Positions 55,280 to 64,000 of a DNA stretch of 64,000 nt are shown here, in pieces. Made by a program: the position numbers and the translations under genes. Source of the DNA: an uncultured Desulfocapsaceae bacterium. GTDB taxonomy: Bacteria; Desulfobacterota; Desulfobulbia; Desulfobulbales; Desulfocapsaceae. The stretch is taken from NCBI GenBank assembly GCA_964623625.1, contig CAZUUJ010000014.1:110-64109 (forward strand), read 5' to 3'. Numbering within the stretch: position 1 is the first letter of the stretch; the number at the start of each line of letters is the position of its first letter. The notes under the pieces are model-generated. The model saw only the letters and a list, made by a program, of their open reading frames with translations. It did not search any database and had not been told where the DNA came from.

Positions 55280-56236
55280 ATGACACAATACGATCTCTTT
55301 AACGGCGATGCTGACGGCATCTGCGCCCTGCACCAACTGCGGCTTGCCGATCCGAAGCCGGATGCCGTAATCATTACAGGTGTTAAGCGGGATATCAATT
55401 TGCTCGCACGGCTGCAGGATGTGTCCGATGGATTGATTACCATATTGGACATATCCCTGGATAAGAACCGCGGCGATCTGGTGCGGCTGCTTGATCGGAA
55501 CAATCACGTCACCTATATCGACCACCATTTTGGTGGCGACATCCCCGACAACCCCCTTCTAACGGCCCATATCAATCCGGCTGCCGACATCTGCACCTCC
55601 CTCATCGTCGATTCTCTGCTCGATGGCAGACACCGAAAATGGGCCGTTTGCGGAGCATTCGGCGACAACATGTTCCAATCAGCCTATAAAGCTGCCTCCA
55701 CCCTTTTCTTAAACGAAAAGGAAGTTGACCGGCTGCGCGAACTGGGTGAGTTGCTCAACTACAACGGCTACGGACAGAGTGTTGATGATCTCCATTTTGC
55801 ACCCGATGATCTGTACCGCTCTCTGCATGGTTACCAGGACCCTCTTGATTACTGTTCATCACCAACTTTGGTGAAATTACGAGACGGTTTCAACAAAGAT
55901 CTTGGGCTGGCTAACGAACAGCAGGTAATCGACCCCAACCGGAAAAACAAGTTGTATCACTTTCCCGGTAAGCCCTGGTCGAATCGGATCGTCGGTATCT
56001 TCTCCAACATGAGGGCCAGGAAAAGTCCGGATAGAGCCCACGCTGTCCTGATCGACAACCCGGACGGGACACTGCGAATCAGTGTGCGCGCACCGCTGAA
56101 CAACCCCAAAGACGCTGACACCCTCTGCCGTCAGTTCCCCACCGGCGGCGGGCGGGCCGCAGCGGCAGGAATCAATAACCTGCCCTCCGAGAACAAGGAT
56201 GATTTTGCCGCCGCTTTTTACTCGATTTTTAGTTAA
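55280..56236 (+). CDS. DHH-superfamily phosphoesterase-like protein
   Basis: Motif I FNGDADGICA and motif III YIDHHF (DHH). Confidence 0.6.
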   Translation: MTQYDLFNGDADGICALHQLRLADPKPDAVIITGVKRDINLLARLQDVSDGLITILDISLDKNRGDLVRLLDRNNHVTYIDHHFGGDIPDNPLLTAHINPAADICTSLIVDSLLDGRHRKWAVCGAFGDNMFQSAYKAASTLFLNEKEVDRLRELGELLNYNGYGQSVDDLHFAPDDLYRSLHGYQDPLDYCSSPTLVKLRDGFNKDLGLANEQQVIDPNRKNKLYHFPGKPWSNRIVGIFSNMRARKSPDRAHAVLIDNPDGTLRISVRAPLNNPKDADTLCRQFPTGGGRAAAAGINNLPSENKDDFAAAFYSIFS

Positions 56237-56349
56237 CAATATCAATTAGTCGTGATATACTTTCAGCCCTGCACCGGTAAAGAAGCTGCCCATCAGATCA
56301 GTTTTTTCCGATTCTCTTTGAACTTTCATACCTTATAAGAGGTGACGTT

Positions 56350-57405
56350 ATTAAACACCTGTTCCACTATCCTATTGTCAGTGTTCTGCTCCTCACCGCA
56401 TTTCTATCGGTCATTCCTGATGTCAGTTTTGGTGGTAAAAAAAAGATCCTGGCAGCCGACCGGGTAAAAGACGGACAGCTCATTGACCTGAAACAGAAAA
56501 AGTACCAGCTGCTTTTCAGCGAGCTGCAAAACAAGCATAAGTTCACCTGGGCCGAGTTGGATAAATTGTTTGCAGGAGTCACCATCGACCGCAAGGTGCT
56601 GGTGCTGATGGACCATCAGTGGGAGGCAAGACCCTATTATAAATACTGGCCGCTCTTTATCACACCGCCTGTTATTGAAAAGGGAAAACAGAAGCTTGTT
56701 CAACATAAAACCATCCTCGACCGCATTGAAAAAGAACTGGGCGTTGACCGGGAGGTTGTCGTTGCCATCTGGGCAATCGAGTCGAAATTCGGACTCCATA
56801 AGGGAAAACACTCTGTCTTTCAGACCCTGAACACTCTTTTTAATAGTTATCCCCGGCGGTCCAAGTTCTTCCGTAAGCAACTTATCCATTTTATCGTTCT
56901 GTGCAAGGAAAACAGATTCGATCCGTTATCGATCAAGGGATCCTATGCCGGTGCCTTTGGCCAGACCCAGTTTATCCCCTCTTCTTACCGGGAATACGCT
57001 GTCAGCTTTGACGGGGACGATTATGCCGATGTGTTTCACTCAACTGACGATATCCTGGCCTCTATTGCCAATTATCTCCGGCGCTTTCACTACAAGCTCG
57101 ATAAGCCGATTTATGCCGATATCGGCAATGAGCTGAAATCTCCCAAACTGATTGCCGCCAATGTCAAGGGAAGAAAGGGACGGATAGGAAGAGAAGCTGT
57201 TACAAAAGCCCAAAAAGTGACACTGCCGCCTTCGCCGGGCAACAAGAAGCTTTCCATCGTCAGCCTTGAGCTTGACCCCAAAAAAGGAGGCGGCTACCGC
57301 TATGTTGCCGGCTATCCGAATTTCCATGCCATCACTCAATGGAACCATTCAAACAGGTACGCCATGGCGGTAACCGAATTAGCTGAGAAATTAGCTGTTA
57401 AATGA
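56350..57405 (+). CDS. mltB: Lytic murein transglycosylase B-like; start codon non-canonical or uncertain
   Basis: AIWAIESKFG and GAFGQTQFIPSSY motifs. The frame is open from 56281 and encodes a signal peptide upstream of the first canonical start (TTG 56557). AAGAGGTGA sits 7 nt before ATT 56350. Confidence 0.7.
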   Translation: MKHLFHYPIVSVLLLTAFLSVIPDVSFGGKKKILAADRVKDGQLIDLKQKKYQLLFSELQNKHKFTWAELDKLFAGVTIDRKVLVLMDHQWEARPYYKYWPLFITPPVIEKGKQKLVQHKTILDRIEKELGVDREVVVAIWAIESKFGLHKGKHSVFQTLNTLFNSYPRRSKFFRKQLIHFIVLCKENRFDPLSIKGSYAGAFGQTQFIPSSYREYAVSFDGDDYADVFHSTDDILASIANYLRRFHYKLDKPIYADIGNELKSPKLIAANVKGRKGRIGREAVTKAQKVTLPPSPGNKKLSIVSLELDPKKGGGYRYVAGYPNFHAITQWNHSNRYAMAVTELAEKLAVK

Positions 57406-58610
57406 GTTGGTCCGTGACCTGTACACAGAGCGATTCCCTTCAACCACCTTGTCGCTCGTTCGTTCTATATCTTATTATTTGCTTACTTATTGCAGGACTT
57501 ACAGGCTGTCCTATAAAGGAAGAACCCTCTCTCATTTCACCGCAGACAAACCCCTATTTTCTTGACGACGGTGACAGAGCATCCCTGAACTCTGCCATCG
57601 GCCATCAAGTAGATTATCTTAAAACCAGAAAGGACAGCTACACCCAATTAATTGGGGGAAACCGTTATTCAAAAGAGGATCTGCTGGAATCACTGGATTT
57701 GTTCCAACAACTTCTTGACGTTAGTCCCACAGCCTGGAAACTCAATGAAAAACTACGGGAACATTTTACTATTCTGCAGGCAGCCGGCCGCACGAATAGA
57801 CCATGGGGCGAAATGCTGATTACCGGGTACTTTGAGCCGGTGCTCGACGGCAGTCTGGTCAAAACGGACGAGTACCGCTATCCTATTTACCGGATTCCGG
57901 ACAATCTGGTGATTCGACGCGGTCAAGGCACTAAAAAAGAGATCGGCAGGTTCAATTCGTCAGGTCGATTGGTGCCTTACTGGTCAAGAAAAGAGATCGA
58001 AGAACAAGGTAAAGCCAAAGGATTTGAGATGGTCTATCTCAAGGACCCGCTCGACGCTTTTATCCTGCACGTTCAAGGATCCGGCAAGATCAGGCTGACC
58101 AGCGGCGAAATACGAAAAATCCGGTTTGGCTCATCCAACGGACACCACTATAACAGTATCGGTAAATTACTGGCCGATGAGGGAAAGATAGAGCGCAACA
58201 AGGTCTCTATACCGACGATCCGAGCCTACCTGGACGCCCATCCCCAGGATCAGCAGCGTGTTTTTTTCCATAATCCCCGCTTTATTTTCTTTCAATGGAG
58301 CAAAAACGATCATGTCATCGGCAGTCTGGGAAGCCCTTTGACCGCAGGACGTTCCATTGCCATCGACCACTCTGTGCTGCCCACCGGAGCCATCGGCTTT
58401 CTGGTTGGCCGCATGCCTCTTGTGGGCAGAGGCGGGCAAATGACCAGATGGATACAAATGAGCCGATTTGTACTGCCCCAGGACAGCGGCAGTGCTATCA
58501 AGGGGGCCGGCCGGGCCGATATATTTTGGGGCAGCGGAACCTATGCTGAAGCTGCAGCCGGCAGTATGAATGAAAAAGGAAGTCTCTATTTTTTGGTAAA
58601 GAAACGATAA
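57402..58610 (+). CDS. mltA: Membrane-bound lytic murein transglycosylase A
   Basis: Lipobox LTGC. MltA-specific and 3D domains (GYFEP.., AFILHVQGSG, ..GRADIFWG). ATGA overlap with mltB. Confidence 0.85.
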   Translation: MSWSVTCTQSDSLQPPCRSFVLYLIICLLIAGLTGCPIKEEPSLISPQTNPYFLDDGDRASLNSAIGHQVDYLKTRKDSYTQLIGGNRYSKEDLLESLDLFQQLLDVSPTAWKLNEKLREHFTILQAAGRTNRPWGEMLITGYFEPVLDGSLVKTDEYRYPIYRIPDNLVIRRGQGTKKEIGRFNSSGRLVPYWSRKEIEEQGKAKGFEMVYLKDPLDAFILHVQGSGKIRLTSGEIRKIRFGSSNGHHYNSIGKLLADEGKIERNKVSIPTIRAYLDAHPQDQQRVFFHNPRFIFFQWSKNDHVIGSLGSPLTAGRSIAIDHSVLPTGAIGFLVGRMPLVGRGGQMTRWIQMSRFVLPQDSGSAIKGAGRADIFWGSGTYAEAAAGSMNEKGSLYFLVKKR

Positions 58611-58718
58611 CCATCCAAAATTCGACTATCGAAATTCGTACTTTAACACTTCTGCTGTTAAAATTCACAATTGACCTGATTGAAGCAGATAAAAAAACCA
58701 ACAATACACGACAAACCT

Positions 58719-59504
58719 ATGTTTCCGATCATCACCCTGACCACCGACTTCGGCCTTGACGACTCCTATGTGGGCATCATGAAAGGGGTCATCCTTTCCC
58801 GTGCTCCCGATGCCCGAATTATCGATCTGACCCACAAGATCAAACCACAGGACATCCAAACGGCGGCCCTGACTCTCCAACACGGGTATCCCTTTTTCCC
58901 AAAAGGTTGTGTTCACCTGATTGTGGTTGACCCGGGTGTGGGCAGTGATCGCCGGATTATCTGCCTTGAGAATGACGGCCATTTTTTTATCGGCCCCGAC
59001 AACGGCGTGCTCAGTCCCTATTTTAAAAGCTGCACAACCCTGCATCAGGTGACAAACACTGATCTCTTCCTCAAAGAGATCAGTAACACCTTTCACGGTC
59101 GGGATATCATGGCCCCTGTCGCCGCCTCTCTGACGGCGGGACTTTCAATAAAAGAAGTCGGGCCGTCTATCAATCCGGACCAGTGTGTGTGGCTGGAGCT
59201 GCCGTCGGCCATCATTTCAGGTAGATCAATCAACGGCACGATCATTCACATCGATCATTTCGGCAATCTGCGGTCATCAATTACTAAAAACGATCTGAAA
59301 AACTGTGAAGACTGGAAGAATCTAAGGGTGTCCGTCGGTTTTCACTCAATTGAGGGCCTGTCGGATTCCTATGCGGATGTTGGGAATCACAAGACTCTGG
59401 CTATTATCGACAGTCAGGGCTATCTTGAAGTTGCGGTAAAAAACGGTAGCGGTGCTGAAAAGCTCAATGCCAAGGTAGGAGACCGGGTTGTGGTCCGCTG
59501 GTAA
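58719..59504 (+). CDS. SAM hydroxide adenosyltransferase family protein (DUF62; chlorinase/fluorinase-related)
   Basis: The N-terminus MFPIITLTTDFGLDDSYVGIMKGVI.. and FHGRDI are typical of the family. Confidence 0.8.
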   Translation: MFPIITLTTDFGLDDSYVGIMKGVILSRAPDARIIDLTHKIKPQDIQTAALTLQHGYPFFPKGCVHLIVVDPGVGSDRRIICLENDGHFFIGPDNGVLSPYFKSCTTLHQVTNTDLFLKEISNTFHGRDIMAPVAASLTAGLSIKEVGPSINPDQCVWLELPSAIISGRSINGTIIHIDHFGNLRSSITKNDLKNCEDWKNLRVSVGFHSIEGLSDSYADVGNHKTLAIIDSQGYLEVAVKNGSGAEKLNAKVGDRVVVRW

Positions 59505-59514
59505 GATTGGTGTG

Positions 59515-60801
59515 TTACATCTGTGAAGTGTCTTTTTGCAGTAATTCAAACCTCTCCCAGAAGTCAGGAAAAGACTTGGCCACACATTTTTCATCCAAAA
59601 TATTAACACCGGGAACCTTCAGACCGGCCACCGCAAAACTCATAGCCATCCTGTGATCGTTGTAGGTCTCAATCCGGGCTCCATGGAGAGCTTTGCCGCC
59701 GTCACCGTGGATGACTATTGAGTCCTCTTTTTCTTCCACTCTGGCCCCTATTTTTGAGAGCTCAGTCACTGTGGCATTGAGCCGGTCACATTCCTTGATC
59801 CGCAGATGAGCAATATTGGTAATGTGCGTTTTGCCTTTGGCAAAAGCGGCAACAACTGCCAATGTTGGGGCCACATCCGGCATATCGCCCATATCAACGG
59901 TAATTCCTTTGAGCTGTTGATTGCCGCAAACGGTAATCCCTTCTCCTGTCCGGCTGACCACGCATCCCATCCGGGCTAACAGCGCCACCAGGTCGGCATC
60001 GCCCTGAAGTGAGGGAACCGGTACATTGGATACCGTTACCCGGCCGCCGGTGATTGCAGCAGCAGCCCAGAAATAGGAAGCATTGGAAGCGTCGCCTTCT
60101 ACCTGATACTCCATGGCCCGGTAGCAGCCGCCAGGGATGGAAAATGAGGTAAAGTCACTGCTGCAGTCGACTTCCACGCCAAAATCGGCCATCACAGAGA
60201 GAGTCATGGCCACATAGGGTTTGGACAACACTTCACCGTCAACCATCAGCGTTGCCGGTTTTGCCGCAAACGGTGCTACCAGCAGCAGTGAGGATATATA
60301 CTGGCTCGATTTACCTTCAGGAAGGCGTGTATCCCCACCCTTTATCCCGCGTGATTCTATTTGCAGGGGCGGACAGCCGGTATCGCGTATCGATCTGATA
60401 TCGACTCCCCAGCTTTTCAAGGCCTCCATCAACGGACCGATTGGACGCTCATGCATGCGTTCGTCTCCATTGATGACAAAGGTTGAGTGCCCCAAGGCGA
60501 CAACGGATGTTAAAAACCTGGTGGCTGTGCCGTTGTTGCCTAAGAATATCTCTTGTGAACTCGGTCCAATCTTTCCACCCTGTCCATGGACCAGCCAGCC
60601 AGCCTCTTCCTTTTCTATTGAAATACCCATCTGGCTCAGGGCGGCTGAAGTGTACAGGGTATCTTCGCTGTCCAGCGGTCCGATAAGCCTCGAAGTTCCG
60701 TCGGCCAAGGCTGCTGCGATCAACGCCCGCTGGGTCAGACTCTTTGAGCCTGGCACGGTGACACTGGTATCGACAGTTGTAACTGGTTTTATTTCAATCA
60801 T
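59515..60801 (-). CDS. aroA: 3-phosphoshikimate 1-carboxyvinyltransferase (EPSP synthase)
   Basis: Contains VPGSKSLTQRAL and LGNNGTATRFL; 428 aa. Confidence 0.9.
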   Translation of the reverse strand: MIEIKPVTTVDTSVTVPGSKSLTQRALIAAALADGTSRLIGPLDSEDTLYTSAALSQMGISIEKEEAGWLVHGQGGKIGPSSQEIFLGNNGTATRFLTSVVALGHSTFVINGDERMHERPIGPLMEALKSWGVDIRSIRDTGCPPLQIESRGIKGGDTRLPEGKSSQYISSLLLVAPFAAKPATLMVDGEVLSKPYVAMTLSVMADFGVEVDCSSDFTSFSIPGGCYRAMEYQVEGDASNASYFWAAAAITGGRVTVSNVPVPSLQGDADLVALLARMGCVVSRTGEGITVCGNQQLKGITVDMGDMPDVAPTLAVVAAFAKGKTHITNIAHLRIKECDRLNATVTELSKIGARVEEKEDSIVIHGDGGKALHGARIETYNDHRMAMSFAVAGLKVPGVNILDEKCVAKSFPDFWERFELLQKDTSQM

Positions 60802-60843
60802 GCTTCCTTTTTCGAGTAGTCGGATTGTAATTCCTTCTTCAGT

Positions 60844-61527
60844 TCACTGATTACGCATTCGTTTATAAATCTGCCGCAAAGTAAAAACGGACAATTGGCC
60901 AGGAGCCACGGCATCGCCTTCGTCTGCCGCGCAGTAGGTCATATAACCGCCGAGCTCCAATGTAGCTACCCTGCTGATTGTCCCGGCCCGGCCCATACAG
61001 AAAGCGATCAATGGAAAATCTAATCTGGCTGCATCCTCCTGGAGCTGCAAAACCCGAAGCACATCATGATAATCGTGGGCCATGGTGATAATCTTGCCGA
61101 TATCACCTCCTGCCTCAGCCATTTGCTCAAGAATCTTGCTTAAATCTGGAGATGCAGGAGTCCTCTCGAAATTATGCCATGACACGATCAGATCAGTGTT
61201 GGTACTCTTGGTTTCCTCAAGCAGCCGATGACGGCTTTCTTCAGGAGCAAGCAGCTCGATGTCCACATAATCACAGCCAAGACCCATCGCCTCTTCAAGA
61301 AAAGTGATGCGTGTCCGCTCATCACCGGAATATTCTCCTCCCTCCCATTTCGGTCGGTTGGTCATCAACAGCGGCGTCTGGATGGTGCTGGTCAACAGCG
61401 GTAGATCGATCTCACCTAGCATGTCAAGCCGCACTTCGATCACATCGCTAACCGGTGCCACCCTCTTAGCCTGCTCAAGCACTTCAGAAACACTTTTTTT
61501 GCCAATGGATGTACAGACCCGCTTCAT
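60844..61527 (-). CDS. aroD: Type I 3-dehydroquinate dehydratase
   Basis: Contains IEVRLDML and GKIITMA (Schiff-base Lys context). Confidence 0.8.
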   Translation of the reverse strand: MKRVCTSIGKKSVSEVLEQAKRVAPVSDVIEVRLDMLGEIDLPLLTSTIQTPLLMTNRPKWEGGEYSGDERTRITFLEEAMGLGCDYVDIELLAPEESRHRLLEETKSTNTDLIVSWHNFERTPASPDLSKILEQMAEAGGDIGKIITMAHDYHDVLRVLQLQEDAARLDFPLIAFCMGRAGTISRVATLELGGYMTYCAADEGDAVAPGQLSVFTLRQIYKRMRNQ

Positions 61528-61784
61528 CTCAACTCTTCCTGTTTATCCCTATTTGGTTGACGATTTTGCAGGTCTGACTTCATCAGCTTATAGGCCAGGC
61601 CTATCAGAAGGGGCACAACTGCTGCGTCATCTACAATGCCCAGGCCGGCAACCCAGTCGGGAATCAGGTCAACAGGGGAAATCAGATAGACACCGGCCGC
61701 CGCCAGTAACCCCTTGACATACCAGGGTGTCTGAGGATGAAAAAAGAGTTTGACGGTGGCGATGAATCTATCCAAACTGTTCAC
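61524..61784 (-). CDS. DUF1232 (YkvA-like) small membrane protein
   Basis: Contains SPVDLIPDWVAGLGIVDD. Overlaps both neighbours by 4 nt. Confidence 0.7.
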   Translation of the reverse strand: MNSLDRFIATVKLFFHPQTPWYVKGLLAAAGVYLISPVDLIPDWVAGLGIVDDAAVVPLLIGLAYKLMKSDLQNRQPNRDKQEELR

Positions 61785-62713
61785 CGGGGGACCTCCAGGG
61801 TGCCGATAATATCTGAAATCGACCGCAGATTGTTCTTTTCTCCATAATCCTCAATTTCTTCAACAATCTCTTCGGTTGCCCGGGGGTTGACAAAATTTGC
61901 GGTACCGACCTGAATGGCGGTGGCCCCGGCTACCATAAACTCGAGGGCGTCCTCAGCCGTCTCAATACCTCCAATACCGATTACCGGGATAGAGACTGTC
62001 TGTGCCACCTGGTAGACCATACGAAGAGCCACCGGTTTAATGGCCGGGCCTGAAAGGCCGCCGATCACATTGCCCAGTTTCGGTTTTCTGGTGTTTAAAT
62101 CGATGGCCATACCGATCAGGGTATTGATCAGTGAAATGGAGTCAGCCCCCGCCTCCTCTACGGCCACGGCAACCCTGGTTACATCGGTAACATTGGGAGA
62201 GAGCTTGACCATGACCGGAACATCGGCCTGCTGCTTCACTACTTTGGTCACAGAGGCTGCCATTTTCGGGTCAGTACCGAAGGCCACACCGCCCTTTTTC
62301 ACGTTGGGGCATGAAATGTTGACCTCGAGAGCGGCAACCGACGACACTCCCCGTAGCCTTTTAGTTATTTCCTCATACTCATCCAGGGAATCACCGAGAA
62401 TATTAACAATCACAGGACATTCAAGACCGCTCAGATAGTCGTTTTTCTCACTGATAAAGCGATCGACACCCACATTTTGCAGGCCGATGGCATTGAGCAT
62501 CCCGCATGGGGTCTCGACGATTCTCGGAGGTGGATTGCCCTCCCGGGACTCAAGCGATATCCCTTTGACGATAACAGCCCCAAGCCGGTTCAGGTCGACA
62601 AGCTGTTCGAATTCTTTAGCATATCCGAAAGTACCTGATGCAGTCATCACCGGGTTGGCAAGACGCAAAGAGCCGATGTTCACGGTTAGATCAATTGAGT
62701 GCGGAATGGCCAT
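61781..62713 (-). CDS. pyrD: Dihydroorotate dehydrogenase, class 1B catalytic subunit
   Basis: Contains NPVMTASGTFGY, NISCPN and GIGGI. Confidence 0.9.
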   Translation of the reverse strand: MAIPHSIDLTVNIGSLRLANPVMTASGTFGYAKEFEQLVDLNRLGAVIVKGISLESREGNPPPRIVETPCGMLNAIGLQNVGVDRFISEKNDYLSGLECPVIVNILGDSLDEYEEITKRLRGVSSVAALEVNISCPNVKKGGVAFGTDPKMAASVTKVVKQQADVPVMVKLSPNVTDVTRVAVAVEEAGADSISLINTLIGMAIDLNTRKPKLGNVIGGLSGPAIKPVALRMVYQVAQTVSIPVIGIGGIETAEDALEFMVAGATAIQVGTANFVNPRATEEIVEEIEDYGEKNNLRSISDIIGTLEVPR

Positions 62714-62760
62714 ATAGTTTTAGTTTGTTTGCCGGTTACCAGACCGGTGTTTTAATCTTT

Positions 62761-62878
62761 CCTGAATCCGTGACGAAAAATAATATTTTTCGTGATATCA
62801 TTTTGATATATCATAAAATTATTGGGTTAAACAATTTTCACCTAAAAGAATAACTCGCCCTTCGGGTCATCCGCTAGC
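62761..62878 (+). mobile_element. MITE-like element, family 1, copy D (right arm truncated)
   Basis: CCTGAATCCGTGACGAAAAATAATATTTTTCGTGA ... CGCCCTTCGGGTCATCCGCTAGC. The homology to copy A stops at GCTAGC, and the copy overlaps the pyrK 3' end. Confidence 0.7.
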
Positions 62879-63655
62879 CCAGAGTAGCCTGTCAGACTCA
62901 AAAACCGGACCGTCTGTGCAGACGTGCAGATAGCCGCCGATATCGGCCGGCACAGAACAGCCGAGACAGGCGCCCATACCGCAGGCCATCTCGGCTTCAA
63001 TGGAGACCTGGCAGCGATTACCTTTACCTGCAGCATACGTATGAACCGCGTGCAGCATCGGCTTGGGACCACAGCAGTAAAGAACCGTATCAGACAAGGG
63101 TGTTACCATGTTGAGCACATCGGTAACCAGTCCATGGATACCGTAAGAACCGTCATCTGTTGCCGTAAACAGGTTGAAACCGAGCCCCTTAAAATCACTC
63201 ACCAGTGGCTCCAGTTCCGACCTATCCCTTCCCCCTAGAATAATCATATCATTGCTGCAGTCACCCTTCTCATTTTTCAGATGTTCCGCCAGAAATAACA
63301 TAGGCGCAATCCCCATACCTCCACCGACCAGACAGGCGGGTTTATTAAAATCGATATCAAAACCGTTGCCCAGAGGTCCGAGGACCGGGACGCTTGCACC
63401 AACAGCCAGATCCGCCAGAATGGCTGTCCCCCTCCCCACCACTTTGAAAAGGATACTGACCTGATCGTTTTCAATCCGGTTTATGGAAAAGGGCCTGCGG
63501 AGAAGCGGGTCGCTACCGCTACCCACACCGATCATGACAAACTGACCCGGCCGGGCTGTTCGTGCCGTCTGCACAGACCGCAGGGTTAACAGATGGTTAT
63601 CGGCACCGAGGCTCTCCAGCCGCTGAATTGTTGCTTTTTCCTGGAAAATTGACAT
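62867..63655 (-). CDS. pyrK: Dihydroorotate dehydrogenase electron-transfer subunit
   Basis: FAD/NAD-binding domain plus the 2Fe-2S motif CGMGACLGC..C. The last codons and the stop derive from MITE copy D. Confidence 0.85.
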   Translation of the reverse strand: MSIFQEKATIQRLESLGADNHLLTLRSVQTARTARPGQFVMIGVGSGSDPLLRRPFSINRIENDQVSILFKVVGRGTAILADLAVGASVPVLGPLGNGFDIDFNKPACLVGGGMGIAPMLFLAEHLKNEKGDCSNDMIILGGRDRSELEPLVSDFKGLGFNLFTATDDGSYGIHGLVTDVLNMVTPLSDTVLYCCGPKPMLHAVHTYAAGKGNRCQVSIEAEMACGMGACLGCSVPADIGGYLHVCTDGPVFESDRLLWASG

Positions 63656-63704
63656 GGTAAACTATATGATTGATCTGTACAGACTTAACTACAAAGAAAA
63701 TTTA

Positions 63705-63840
63705 TAAGCGATCACAGGGTACCCCAGGTTTGGACAGGTAAGCGGAGCAAAGCTTAGACTCCGAGCGGCATGGCGTTGTGTATTAGTAGCTACACAAGCC
63801 CTGCCGATCGTTCAAAAATGGGGTGCCCTGTGATCGCTTA
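63705..63840 (+). other. 136-nt element closed by a 22-bp inverted repeat; structured leader or MITE-like
   Basis: TAAGCGATCACAGGGTACCCCA ... TGGGGTGCCCTGTGATCGCTTA, with one G-U on the plus strand. Internal hairpins CGGAG/CTCCG and TTGTGTA/TACACAA. Confidence 0.55.
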
Positions 63841-63908
63841 CGAATAGTTTACAAGGAAAGTGAATAGAGCCGCAATTCTTTTTCACCTTTTATCAGCAAT
63901 TTCATCAC

Positions 63909-64000
63909 ATGGAAGCCGATTTCCTTATTTACTGTTTCACTTTTTGTTTGGGTGCTGTTGTCGGCAGCTTCTTAAATGTAGTCATTCTTCGATTGCCAAG
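63909..64000 (+). CDS. Prepilin peptidase (A24 family), N-terminal fragment continuing beyond the window
   Basis: MEADFLIYCFTFCLGAVVGSFLNVVILRLP matches the conserved GSFLNV..RLP N-terminus. Confidence 0.6.
   Translation, partial: MEADFLIYCFTFCLGAVVGSFLNVVILRLP

Noticed and set aside
1-64000. CRISPR arrays, rRNA operons, tmRNA/RNase P/SRP RNA
   Set aside because: I saw no regularly spaced direct repeats and no rRNA-like or other recognisable housekeeping-RNA sequences. The only RNA gene I could fold is tRNA-Arg.

Overview
This 64 kb chromosomal window looks like it comes from an anaerobic, probably sulfate-reducing deltaproteobacterium (Desulfobulbaceae-like). That guess rests only on gene content (dfx, rub-roo, flavodiiron protein) and mid-range GC. 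Most of the window is intact and densely coding.

Main blocks:
- A sulfur-relay block (bases 2-4462): MetY-like enzyme, ThiF/MoeB-like E1, TusA-like protein, YcaO-TPR protein and a JAMM protease.
- An oxygen-detoxification island on the minus strand (9.1-14.1 kb): a broken rubrerythrin, a desulforedoxin-domain protein, a flavodiiron protein, rubredoxin, desulfoferrodoxin, AhpC and a Fur/PerR-like fusion protein.
- Housekeeping genes: LonC-like protease, rhomboid, P-type ATPase, ilvA, tRNA-Arg, rne, lptD, mltB/mltA, aroA/aroD and pyrD/pyrK.

The strongest candidate for an undescribed system is an orphan ACP-dependent FAS-II/PKS-like locus at 24.3-43.6 kb. It has three B12-binding radical SAM enzymes, two ACPs, two PPTase-like genes, a CrtI-like FAD oxidoreductase, KAS-II and KAS-III-like condensing enzymes, an acyltransferase, CoA-type beta-processing enzymes, a BtrH-like transferase, a cupin and an ABC-2 exporter.

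Other features:
- At least two MITE-like repeat families. Two copies reshape gene ends.
- An 85-nt repeat with a covarying hairpin.
- Two long hairpins whose mismatches are all G-U on one strand.
- A decayed tRNA-Arg island with integrase and reverse-transcriptase fragments.
- Two further pseudogenes.
- An mltB gene with no canonical start codon.

No rRNA genes or CRISPR arrays were seen.
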